Assembly (NCBI GenBank): GCA_963837955.1
Contig: CAWIPH010000002.1
Span: forward strand, 992,001-1,056,000
Source: an uncultured Verrucomicrobiae bacterium
Lineage (GTDB): Bacteria > Verrucomicrobiota > Verrucomicrobiia > Chthoniobacterales > JAFAMB01
Direction of reading: 5' to 3'
Length of the DNA stretch: 64,000 nt
Shown here: positions 1 to 8,817 of the stretch, piece after piece
Layout: each line of letters starts with the position of its first letter
How positions within the stretch are numbered: position 1 is the stretch's first letter
Made by a program: the position numbers and the translations under genes
The notes under the pieces: model-generated
Told to the model about the DNA's origin: nothing
What the model saw: only the letters and a program-made list of their open reading frames with translations
Databases searched by the model: none

Positions 1-234
1 GGAAACAACGCACCAGAGATTCCTCCGGAGGCGGTGAAGGCAGTCCGGGAAGAGCTAAAGAATCGCAAGGACCAGTGGACCGTGGCTGAGCTAATGCAAA
101 TTCCCCCGAAAGATGTGACTAAACTCGGTGGCTCTCCGCCGGCACAGCAAGCGGGGCAACCGCCGAGCGGGTCAACCCCTCCTGCCGGCCCGACAAACTC
201 ACCCGGGCCAGGCAGCTCGCCTCCAACAAAGTAG
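1..234 (+). CDS. 3' end of a c-type cytochrome-like protein (5' truncated by the window edge)
   Basis: Frame 1 is open from base 1: GNNAPEIPPEAVKAVREELKNRKDQWTVAEL resembles the class I cytochrome c C-terminal helix, followed by a Pro-rich tail. It lies directly upstream of coxB. Confidence 0.55.
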   Translation, partial: GNNAPEIPPEAVKAVREELKNRKDQWTVAELMQIPPKDVTKLGGSPPAQQAGQPPSGSTPPAGPTNSPGPGSSPPTK

Positions 235-294
235 CCCCCATGACAAATCGCGATAATTTTGTAGATTATTTGGAAATCATAACGGTTCCGCGAC

Positions 295-1164
295 ATGAAA
301 TTTAGTTTCTCCGGAAGGTTCCGAACGCTACTGCCCGTTTTGCTCGTCTTTTTGCTCAGCGGAACCGGTTGGGCCGAGCCGCGTACAACCAATCTTTGGT
401 GGCTACCCGATGTCGCCAGCAAAGGCGGAGAGCAGATCGATCAGATCCTTTATTTTATCTGCTATCTGACCGGGGGCGTCTTTTTGCTGACCCAGGTGGT
501 CTACATTTACTTTCTCATTAAGTATCGCGCTCGGAGAGGAGTACGGGCCACCTATAGCCATGGCAATAACCGGTTGGAGCTGGTGTGGACGGCCATCCCG
601 ACTGCAATCTTCATCGGCTTGTGGGGTTACAGCAATCACGTTTGGTGGGATGTCCTGCATTCCACTCCTCCGAGTGATGCCCTGGAAGTCGGAGTGACCG
701 CTTACCAATTCGCATTCTCCATGCAGTACCCCGGGCCGGATGGGAAACTAGGTCGTTCTGATGTAAAGTTGATCTCAAACGACAATCTATTTGGCAATGA
801 TCCGTCTGATCCCGAAACAAAAGATAATTTTACGTCAGCTGTCTTGGAATTGCCGGTGAATCGACCGGTCCACATCCGATTGAATTCCAAGGATGTGATT
901 CACGCATTTTATATCCCCCAGTTTCGTATCTATCAGGACGCCGTGCCTGGGCGGACCATCGAATGGGTTTGGTTTACACCGACCAAAATCGGCAGCTACC
1001 AACTGGCTTGCAACCAGCTTTGCGGTTCCGGCCACTACAACATGAAGGCACAAGTGGAGGTTGTCTCGCAGCAAGATTTTGACAAATGGTATCAGGAGAA
1101 GGTGAAGCCTGCTCCAGCGCCATCACCAGCACCTACGCAATCGGATCAAAAGACAGCAAAGTAG
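295..1164 (+). CDS. coxB: Cytochrome c oxidase subunit II
   Basis: Signal peptide, two TM helices (LELVWTAIP), DVIHAF and CuA motif CNQLCGSGHYNM; no fused cytochrome c domain. Confidence 0.96.
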   Translation: MKFSFSGRFRTLLPVLLVFLLSGTGWAEPRTTNLWWLPDVASKGGEQIDQILYFICYLTGGVFLLTQVVYIYFLIKYRARRGVRATYSHGNNRLELVWTAIPTAIFIGLWGYSNHVWWDVLHSTPPSDALEVGVTAYQFAFSMQYPGPDGKLGRSDVKLISNDNLFGNDPSDPETKDNFTSAVLELPVNRPVHIRLNSKDVIHAFYIPQFRIYQDAVPGRTIEWVWFTPTKIGSYQLACNQLCGSGHYNMKAQVEVVSQQDFDKWYQEKVKPAPAPSPAPTQSDQKTAK

Positions 1165-1166
1165 TC

Positions 1167-2939
1167 ATGGCACAAACAATCGCTCATTCCGACTTAGATC
1201 TGCATGGTGCGTCCACGCATAGGCATCATGAGCTGAGTTTTTTCAACAAATACATTTGGTCCGAAGACCACAAAACGATTGCCATCCAATATCTGTTCGC
1301 CAGCCTGTTCTTTTTGATTGTCGGCGGCCTGCTGGCAATGGGAGTGCGCTATCAGCTGGCTTTTCCCGGAGCGCCCGTGCCCCTGATTGGAGGCCTGTTG
1401 CCAAAATGGTTAGTGACTGATGCGGGAGCTTTTTCCCCCGGTGGATACAATGCCCTCTTTACCATGCACGCCACCGTGATGGTGTTCCTGGTGGTGATGC
1501 CCCTTTTGGTCGGCGTTTTTGGTAATTTCCTGATTCCGCTCAAGATAGGTGCGCCCGATATGGCGTTTCCATTTTTTAACGCGTTATCGTTTTGGCTCTT
1601 TTTCGTTTCGGGAATGGTACTGCTTGCGAGCTTCTTTGCGCCGAATGGATTCCCTGCTTCGGGATGGACCTCCTACGCGCCGCTCTCCTCTCATGGCGCC
1701 TATAACGGTACTCAGGCCGGCCAGAGCCTGTGGTGCCTCGGAATATTCATCAATGGTTTGTCCTCCATTGCCGGCGCGACCAACTATATTACGACAATTG
1801 TGAACATGCGGGCGCCAGGCATGAAAATGTTCCGGCTGCCGTTGCCGGTCTGGGCGCTATTTGTGACCGCTTTCCTGCTCCTGCTCGCGGTCCCGGTACT
1901 CTCTGCCGCGGCCGCCATGCTGTTCTTCGATCTGAATTTTGGAACCTCGTTTTTCTCCGGTGACAATTACGGCCAACCATTGCTTTGGCAGCATCTTTTC
2001 TGGTTTTTCGGTCATCCCGAGGTGTACATCCTGATTTTGCCCTCGATGGGTTTGGTCTCGGAAGTTATCGCGGTCTTTTCTCGCAAGCCAATCTTCGGGT
2101 ATAAGGCCATGGTCTTCGCGCTGATAGCTATCGGCGGGCTCGGTTTCGTCGTCTGGGGCCACCACATGTTTGTGAGCGGGATGAATCTTTTGCTGTCTGC
2201 GACTTTCTCCTTTTCGACCATGGTGATCGCCGTTCCCTCGGCTATTAAGACTTTCAATTGGATGGGAACAGTCTGGGGCGGGTCAATCCGATTCACGACA
2301 CCGATGTGTTTCGCGCTCGCGTTTGTTTCGATGTTCGTGATCGGCGGCTTGAGCGGAATCTACATGGCCTCGACTCCGGTGGATCTGTTTATCCATCACA
2401 CCTACTTCATTGTCGCTCATATTCACTACGTGCTTTTCGGCGGAAGCCTCTTTGGGGTTTTCGCGGGGATCTACTTTTGGTACCCAAAAATGTTTGGTCG
2501 GATGATGAACGAGTTTTGGGGCAAGGTGCATTTCGTCCTCGCGTTCATGTTTTTTAATCTGACGTTCTTCCCGATGCACAATTTGGGGTTGAACGGGATG
2601 ATGCGGCGCATCGCGGACCCGACTCTGTATGACCATCTCCGTAGCCAACAACCTCTGCAAATATTCATCACGTTGAGTGCGTTTGGTCTGGGCTTATCGA
2701 CCATCCCATTTTTCATCAATTTCTTTTACAGCATGTTCAAGGGACCGAAGGCGCCCAAAAATCCTTGGAATTCGACGACTTTGGAGTGGACGGTTCCTTC
2801 GCCACCGGGACATGGAAATTTCGAAGTGACACCTACGGTTTATCATGGGCCGTACGAATACAGCGTTCCGGGCATGCAGCAGGATTTTCTCCCGCAGAAT
2901 CAGCCAGCGCCTGACACCGCCCAACTGACAGTACATTGA
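1167..2939 (+). CDS. coxA: Cytochrome c oxidase subunit I (A1 type)
   Basis: DHKTIA, WFFGHPEVY, VWGHHMF, VAHIHYV and GMMRR motifs; ATG at 1167 just after the coxB stop. Confidence 0.97.
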   Translation: MAQTIAHSDLDLHGASTHRHHELSFFNKYIWSEDHKTIAIQYLFASLFFLIVGGLLAMGVRYQLAFPGAPVPLIGGLLPKWLVTDAGAFSPGGYNALFTMHATVMVFLVVMPLLVGVFGNFLIPLKIGAPDMAFPFFNALSFWLFFVSGMVLLASFFAPNGFPASGWTSYAPLSSHGAYNGTQAGQSLWCLGIFINGLSSIAGATNYITTIVNMRAPGMKMFRLPLPVWALFVTAFLLLLAVPVLSAAAAMLFFDLNFGTSFFSGDNYGQPLLWQHLFWFFGHPEVYILILPSMGLVSEVIAVFSRKPIFGYKAMVFALIAIGGLGFVVWGHHMFVSGMNLLLSATFSFSTMVIAVPSAIKTFNWMGTVWGGSIRFTTPMCFALAFVSMFVIGGLSGIYMASTPVDLFIHHTYFIVAHIHYVLFGGSLFGVFAGIYFWYPKMFGRMMNEFWGKVHFVLAFMFFNLTFFPMHNLGLNGMMRRIADPTLYDHLRSQQPLQIFITLSAFGLGLSTIPFFINFFYSMFKGPKAPKNPWNSTTLEWTVPSPPGHGNFEVTPTVYHGPYEYSVPGMQQDFLPQNQPAPDTAQLTVH

Positions 2940-3979
2940 TGTCCGCTTACGATCTACCGAAGCGTCTTCTGCACTGGTTTGCGATCGTCTCGGCCCTAAG
3001 CGTACTGGTACTGATCTGTAGCGGTGGACTGGTGACGAGCCACGAGGCCGGTATGGCCGTACCGGATTGGCCGAATAGCTTCGGTTACAACATGTTTCTC
3101 TTTCCAATCTCCCGTTGGGTGGGAGGAGCCTTCTTCGAACATACCCATCGCTTGATCGCCAGCTTGGTCGGACTGCTTACCGTGGGTCTTTGTATAGCGA
3201 CATGGCTGATCGAGGATCGACGTTGGGTGAAATGGCTCTCGAGCCTTGCCGTATTAGCGGTTGTTCTCCAGGGAGTGCTCGGCGGTTTAAGAGTCACCGA
3301 AAACAACGCGCTGCTCGGGCTTTTCCACGGCTGCCTGGCTCAAAGTTTTCTGGCCCTAATGGCCACTCTCGCCCTGGCTACCTCTCCGTTCTGGAGGCGT
3401 CTCGCGATGGCAGAATTCGGGACCGAAATGGGGCTGCTGCGTAGTTGGTCCGTGGCCGTGACCATCATGATATTCGCTCAACTTGTCCTCGGAGCCGGTA
3501 TGCGCCATTCTCACGCGGGTCTGTCGATACCCGATTTCCCTACCACCTACGGAGCTTGGTTGCCGCCACTCGATCCTAGTGCAATTGCAAAAATAAATGA
3601 GGCGCGCGGAGCGGCCGGAGAACGGTTCACCTCGGCTAGTCTGATCCTGCTTCAATACGCACATCGGGTTTGGGCCTGTTTCATCGCGCTGGCGGTGGTT
3701 TGGGTCGGTGTGAAGCTGGCTCGTTCAGCCTTTTTACCGAAACCGATTCGAGTCGGTGCTGCCTCTTGGATATTCCTGGTCTTCGCCCAGATAGCCCTCG
3801 GCGCCTGGACGGTTTTAAGCAACAAGGCGGCTGATATTGCCACCTCGCATGTCTTGGCCGGTGCGCTCTTACTCGTAGTTGGTGTGCTCTTGAGTGTCTC
3901 TCTTTCCCGAATTCTAGCTTGCAACAGCCACGGGACAGCGAGAGGTTCGCGAGTTTATCCGATTGAGATAAAGGCATGA
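2939..3979 (+). CDS. ctaA: Heme A synthase (COX15/CtaA family)
   Basis: GGLVTSHEAGMAVPDWP, FEHTHRL, FHGCLAQ and QYAHR motifs; TGATG overlap with coxA. Confidence 0.92.
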   Translation: MSAYDLPKRLLHWFAIVSALSVLVLICSGGLVTSHEAGMAVPDWPNSFGYNMFLFPISRWVGGAFFEHTHRLIASLVGLLTVGLCIATWLIEDRRWVKWLSSLAVLAVVLQGVLGGLRVTENNALLGLFHGCLAQSFLALMATLALATSPFWRRLAMAEFGTEMGLLRSWSVAVTIMIFAQLVLGAGMRHSHAGLSIPDFPTTYGAWLPPLDPSAIAKINEARGAAGERFTSASLILLQYAHRVWACFIALAVVWVGVKLARSAFLPKPIRVGAASWIFLVFAQIALGAWTVLSNKAADIATSHVLAGALLLVVGVLLSVSLSRILACNSHGTARGSRVYPIEIKA

Positions 3980-4893
3980 ATTCCGTTTCCGAACAAACGC
4001 CAACTCGTCTAGCGAAACAGGAATCGAAAGCTTCGGCTCGCCGGTTTTTGGCCGACATCGCTGAGCTGGTAAAGGTGCGCCTGACTTTACTGGTCCTGAT
4101 GACGACCTTGGTCGGATTTCTCTTCGGTTGGCGAGGAAATCTGGACCTGCTCTACCTTTTTCACGCGCTCTGCGGGACATTTCTTGCGGCCGCGGGTGCC
4201 GCCGCGCTCAACCAAGTGTTTGAAGCGGATTACGATCTACGGATGCGTCGGACCAGAAACCGGCCGATTCCCGCTCGACGCTTGTCGCGCGACGAAGGGC
4301 TGATTATCGGATTACTGGGTTGTGTGGCAGGCGTAATCTATTTGAGCTTGGCGACTAACCTCTTGGCTGGCCTCCTCACCGCACTGACGATCGGTACCTA
4401 TCTTTTTGCCTACACTCCACTCAAACGAGTAACGACCCTGAACACGGTTGTCGGCGCGATTCCAGGTGCGCTACCTCCGATGATCGGGTGGGCGGCGGCT
4501 CGGGGACAGCTTGATTTTGAGGCTTGGATCCTGTTCGCGATTTTGTTCCTTTGGCAGATGCCTCACTTTCTGGCCATCGCTTGGCTCTACCGCAAAGACT
4601 ATCGAGACGCCGGATTCGTGATGTTAAGCGGATCCGACCCGGATTGCCGGTTGACCGGGCGGCTAGCGCTTTTTTACACGATGGCGTTGGTCTCTGTCAG
4701 TCTTTTGCCTTTCGTGCTGCGACTCACTTCCTTTTGGTATGTTCTGGTCGCTCTAATCAGCGGAATCGGATTTTTCCTGGCCGCTCTTGCGTTCGCATTA
4801 GCCGGAACCGAGAAAGCTGCGCGCCGTTTGTTCCTGGTCTCGATTATTTACTTGCCCTTAACGCTCGGCGCATTGGTGTTGGCTCGGGTCTGA
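3976..4893 (+). CDS. ctaB: Protoheme IX farnesyltransferase (heme O synthase)
   Basis: NQVFEADYDLRMRRTRNRP, YTPLKR, GAIPGALPP and WQMPHF motifs. Confidence 0.95.
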   Translation: MNSVSEQTPTRLAKQESKASARRFLADIAELVKVRLTLLVLMTTLVGFLFGWRGNLDLLYLFHALCGTFLAAAGAAALNQVFEADYDLRMRRTRNRPIPARRLSRDEGLIIGLLGCVAGVIYLSLATNLLAGLLTALTIGTYLFAYTPLKRVTTLNTVVGAIPGALPPMIGWAAARGQLDFEAWILFAILFLWQMPHFLAIAWLYRKDYRDAGFVMLSGSDPDCRLTGRLALFYTMALVSVSLLPFVLRLTSFWYVLVALISGIGFFLAALAFALAGTEKAARRLFLVSIIYLPLTLGALVLARV

Positions 4894-5012
4894 TGGATGA
4901 AGAACTGAAGAGGAAGAACCGACGGTTGCTGATTGTTCTCGCTTGCTTCGCCGTATTACTTTGCCTGCTCGTGATACTTTGGAAATTATCTATCTATAAA
5001 GTCTTCTCATGA
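4893..5012 (+). CDS. 39-aa single-TM protein in the oxidase operon (MDEELKRKNRRLLIVLACFAVLLCLLVILWKLSIYKVFS)
   Basis: ATG overlaps the ctaB stop (TGATG) and its stop overlaps the coxC start (ATGA); basic N-terminus followed by a hydrophobic helix. Confidence 0.7.
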   Translation: MDEELKRKNRRLLIVLACFAVLLCLLVILWKLSIYKVFS

Positions 5013-5605
5013 ATTCTTCTGCCTTGACCATGGATGCGGTTCCCAAAGCCGGCCCGAACGTAGTCCGTTTCGGGATGCTCACGTTTCTCGCTTCGGAGGC
5101 GATGCTGTTTGCCGGCCTGATCTGTGGGTACATGGTCCTAAGGTCTGGCGCCGGTGCTGGCTGGCAATTGCCAGAAGCCCTGAAAAGCGGCCCAACCTTA
5201 ATCAAGACTTCGATTGCGACGGCTTTACTGCTGGGCAGCAGTGTTACTTTGCACTTCAGCGAGTCACGCCTGATCAAGCAATCTGGGGGAAAGCTCCTGT
5301 TGTTGGCCACCGTATTGCTCGGATCGCTGTTCTTAGCCAACCAAGCCGACGAATGGAGGAATCTGTTCCACGAGGGTTTTTGGTTCAATACGGCCGGGAT
5401 TATGGGATCGAGTTTCTTTGTGCTCACTGGATTCCACGGAATGCACGTTTTCATCGGCGTACTTCTTCTAATTGCTACGCTGATTCGCGCTCTCTCGGGT
5501 AAGGTCACTTCCTCGCGACATGGTTTTCTGGAATGCGTCGGACTCTATTGGCATTTCGTCGACGTGGTCTGGGTTTTCTTGTTTACGATCTTGTACATTC
5601 TTTGA
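5009..5605 (+). CDS. coxC: Cytochrome c oxidase subunit III
   Basis: FLASEAMLF, LTGFHGMHV and LYWHFVDVVW motifs. Confidence 0.95.
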   Translation: MNSSALTMDAVPKAGPNVVRFGMLTFLASEAMLFAGLICGYMVLRSGAGAGWQLPEALKSGPTLIKTSIATALLLGSSVTLHFSESRLIKQSGGKLLLLATVLLGSLFLANQADEWRNLFHEGFWFNTAGIMGSSFFVLTGFHGMHVFIGVLLLIATLIRALSGKVTSSRHGFLECVGLYWHFVDVVWVFLFTILYIL

Positions 5606-5677
5606 GGAAGCCTTCTGCTTAACACCAATGCCCCTCCCTTGCCACGGATCGATTGGCACTTTGAATAGACGCGCTCG

Positions 5678-6274
5678 GTGAAGCGACGGTTCTTGATCAC
5701 CTTTTGTCTGGCGGTAGTTGCTGCCGCCTTGGTCGTGCTGGGCTATTTATCCTGGAACGCCTCCATCCGGAGAGATCGAGCGGACCTCCCGCGCTTCGGA
5801 ATGGCGCCGGAGTTCAGTCTCAAGGATCAAAACGGATCGCCGGTGGGGAAGGATCAATTGCGTGGCAAGACCTGGGTCGCCGATTTTTTCGATCCGGCCG
5901 CGCCTGGTTTAAATGCCTTACTCGGCAGCCGATTTGCTGAACTGGACCAAAATTTTCAAAAAGGGGAGCAGCTTACGCTTGTCTCGTTTGTAATTCCCAG
6001 TGGGGATCAGAATGGATTAGCGGATCTTTCCCGGCGCTTTCTCGCTTCATCTCATTGGCATTTTCTCGCTGGAACGGTGGACGAAATTCGCGACGTTCAG
6101 GATCGCTGGAACCTGATTGTCTCGGCCCAACCTGGTGGAGGCGCGGCATCTCGATCCTTCTTCTTGGTCGATTCTGAAGGAATGATTCGCGGTGTATACG
6201 ACGGCCGTTTACCCGAGACTGTGCAACGGGTGCTCGAAGATATCGGAACCCTCTTGCGCACCGGCGCCAAGTAG
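5678..6274 (+). CDS. SCO/SenC-like protein lacking the CxxxC motif and the conserved His
   Basis: TM anchor, PEFSLKDQNG, LRGKTWVADFF, WHFLAG and FFLVDSEGMIRGVYDG fold motifs. Confidence 0.8.
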   Translation: MKRRFLITFCLAVVAAALVVLGYLSWNASIRRDRADLPRFGMAPEFSLKDQNGSPVGKDQLRGKTWVADFFDPAAPGLNALLGSRFAELDQNFQKGEQLTLVSFVIPSGDQNGLADLSRRFLASSHWHFLAGTVDEIRDVQDRWNLIVSAQPGGGAASRSFFLVDSEGMIRGVYDGRLPETVQRVLEDIGTLLRTGAK

Positions 6275-6289
6275 CGCAAGGTTTACTTC

Positions 6290-6547
6290 ATGCGACGCGT
6301 GTTCTTCTCGGTTTTAACCTTGCTACTCGCGGCGATCCCCTCTGCTCTCGCCTGCGAGGGTTGTAAGGAGCCGACGAGCGTCGCTGGCAGTGGCGGAGTC
6401 GATGGCATCAGCGCCGGATTTTCGGCTAGCGTGATATTTATGCTGGCGATCATTGGCTCTCTGATCGGCGGATTTATCTGGATGATCGCTCGGAGCTGTA
6501 AGCAACTCGAGAGCGCTCATCGCGAGGCAGCTGCGATTTCGGACTGA
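6290..6547 (+). CDS. Small exported/membrane protein with CxxC (ACEGC)
   Basis: Signal-peptide-like N-terminus ending SALA-C, CEGC motif, one C-terminal TM helix; operonic spacing. Confidence 0.7.
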   Translation: MRRVFFSVLTLLLAAIPSALACEGCKEPTSVAGSGGVDGISAGFSASVIFMLAIIGSLIGGFIWMIARSCKQLESAHREAAAISD

Positions 6548-7159
6548 GTGTTTGGAGTTTTTCGATCTTTTAACCGCTCAGTGGTTGTGTCGCGCAAGGA
6601 ACAACTCGCTAAGGCGCTTTCCGTTTGTGGGCATCCATTTATTTTCTCACCAGTAATCGCGTTGCTAGCCGGCTGTTGGTTCCTCGGTCCCATCGAAGCA
6701 GTGATCGGTTTAGCGACGGTGCTTCTTTTTTGTTTATTGCCCGCGTCACTTTATATCTTGCGCAAGGTGCGCGTGGGTCAATGGAGCGACCTCGACGTCT
6801 CTGCGCGCAAAGACCGTCCTCAACTATTCGTTGTCGGGTTAGGGTGCCTGTTTGTCACTGTCCTGGTCCTCGTGCTGACGCAGCAACCGATGGTGTACGC
6901 CCGCGGTTGTCTCGCCGCCATGTTGCTCGTTTCGACAGGTTGGCTGCTGAATCGGTGGCTTAAACCTTCCATGCATGCGGGCTTCGCCATGATGACGGCT
7001 AGCGCACTCTGGTTAGTGAGCGCGCGCTTAGCGATCCTGGCAATGCTCTTCGCCATAGCCGTCGGTTGGTCCAGAGTCGCTCTGCGCCGGCATACAGTGT
7101 TCGAAGTCTGCGTTGGACTTGCGCTAGGTGTTTTGGTCGCACGATTGCTGTTGTTTTAA
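6548..7159 (+). CDS. PAP2-like integral membrane protein
   Basis: KPSMHAG and WSRVALRRHT motifs; multiple TM helices. Confidence 0.7.
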   Translation: MFGVFRSFNRSVVVSRKEQLAKALSVCGHPFIFSPVIALLAGCWFLGPIEAVIGLATVLLFCLLPASLYILRKVRVGQWSDLDVSARKDRPQLFVVGLGCLFVTVLVLVLTQQPMVYARGCLAAMLLVSTGWLLNRWLKPSMHAGFAMMTASALWLVSARLAILAMLFAIAVGWSRVALRRHTVFEVCVGLALGVLVARLLLF

Positions 7160-7194
7160 AGGGAGGCGTTAGGGATTGTTCTGGGCCCCCGATC

Positions 7195-7790
7195 GGTAGG
7201 GCGAAAGCCTGGTACGGTATCAGCCGTACCGGCTTGAGCCGTTGTGACCGTACCCAAGGTGCTGTCGATGGCCGAAGACTCATCACCCATGCAAGGAAGA
7301 CCAATCAGGGGCCATTCCAACAATGGCTCAAACCCGGCGCGGACGGCGCAACAAACATGGCAACGTTTCCAGCGCGCCGAGGTTTTCGCCCTACCAATGA
7401 TCGGTAGGGCGAAAGCCTGATACCGTCTCAGCGGGATCGGCTTGAGCCGTTGTGGCTGTACCCAAGGTGCTGTCGACGGCCGAAGACTCATCACCCATGC
7501 AAGGAAGACCAATCAGGGGCCCATTCCGACAATGGCTCAAACCCGGCGCGGACGGCGCAACAAACATGGCAACGTTTCCAGCGCGCCGAGGTTTTCGCCC
7601 TACCAATGATCGGTAGGGCGAAAGCCTGGTACGGTATCAGCCGTACCGGCTTGAGCCGTTCGTGCCCATCCGACTGAGGAACCGAGGAAAAAGACGCAAC
7701 ACAGATTGATGCAACGGGCGGCTCAAACCCGGCGCGACCCAGGCGAAAGAAATCGAAACGTTTCCGGCGCGCCGAGGTTTTCGCCCTACC
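7195..7790. repeat. Three tandem REPIN-like units (family A, GGTAGGGCGAAA...TTTCGCCCTACC)
   Basis: Units at 7195-7395, 7403-7604 and 7612-7790, each bounded by inverted GGTAGGGCGAAA and internal TTGAGCC/GGCTCAA; units 1 and 2 are nearly identical. Confidence 0.9.
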
Positions 7791-8112
7791 AGTCAGGGAT
7801 GTATCGAGGCCCAAGACAAGAGACGCGCTTTCGCCACGGCCCACTCTTTGGTTGCAAAAACTTGGCACACTATTAGTTATTCTAATAGCCGCTCCTGGCC
7901 GGGGCGGGTGCACTTGTCCGTGTCCTATTAATCCTTTAGTTTCGGCGATTTTGACAATTAGTGTTATCTGCAGATTTAGCTCGTCTGGATCAGCAGTGGC
8001 CGTCGCCTCCAAAGATTCTCGTGCAGCGAAAGAGCACAGGAACGTTTTTCGATGACACTTTGAGGAATTTGAAGCAACGGTACGAAGTGAAGATGCTAGG
8101 TAAAAACCAGCA

Positions 8113-8817
8113 GTGATGATACCGCGCCGTTTCGGTGAACCCCGACCCTCCCACCCGCGGGAAGTCAGATTGGATGAACTTTGGTTTCTGCGACCTGAAG
8201 CTCTCCTCCTCCCGATCGTGCTCATGTTTTCCTCGTGTGACCAGGAGAAGATTGCCGTCTACCGTATCCCAAAAGAGTCCGTGGCGCTGGAAACCACCGC
8301 CGGCGGCTCGTTGGCGCCTGCACCGCCGTCGGAGCTCCCGAAATGGACGGTGCCGGCCGACTGGAAAGAAAAACCGCTGAGTGAGATGCGACTGGCCAGT
8401 TTTAAAGCGGAAGGAACAAATGGCGAGTCAGCAGATATATCGATCAGCTCCTTTCCCGGTGATGCTGGCGGACTGGAATCCAACGTCAATCGGTGGAGGG
8501 GCCAGGTTCATCAAGCTGCTCTGGATCCGGACTCACTGGCCAAGACCTTCGAGCGAACGACTATCGATGGCGTGCCTGTCGTCTTGGTCGACGTGCAAAC
8601 GCCGGAAGGCGCCGAAAAACCAGATCGGGTTCTCGGCGCGGTTCTTCGGACCGCCGACCGTACTTGGTTCATCAAGATGACTGGACCACCGGCTGTCCTA
8701 GGGGCGCAGGCCAATAATTTTAAGCAATTTGTAGGCTCTTTCCGATTCTCAAACCAATCGGAAACGAGTGATAGCTCTGTTGGCTCAGGAAAAGCAAAAT
8801 CGACTAATGATAAGTAG
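8113..8817 (+). CDS. Putative lipoprotein upstream of the cytochrome c biogenesis genes (start uncertain)
   Basis: Lipobox-like LMFSSC, WTVPADW, NVNRWRGQ and TWFIKMTGP motifs; overlaps the ccsB start. Confidence 0.75.
   Translation: MMIPRRFGEPRPSHPREVRLDELWFLRPEALLLPIVLMFSSCDQEKIAVYRIPKESVALETTAGGSLAPAPPSELPKWTVPADWKEKPLSEMRLASFKAEGTNGESADISISSFPGDAGGLESNVNRWRGQVHQAALDPDSLAKTFERTTIDGVPVVLVDVQTPEGAEKPDRVLGAVLRTADRTWFIKMTGPPAVLGAQANNFKQFVGSFRFSNQSETSDSSVGSGKAKSTNDK

Noticed and set aside
7195..7790. Possible CRISPR array, or the ORFs 6999-7304, 7156-7512 and 7491-8225
   Set aside because: The ~208-bp palindromic units are REPIN-like; the ORFs are translations of the repeat.
7862..7878. Sigma54-like TTGGCAC upstream of the ccs genes
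   Set aside because: The -12 element reads TAGT rather than TTGC, so support is insufficient.
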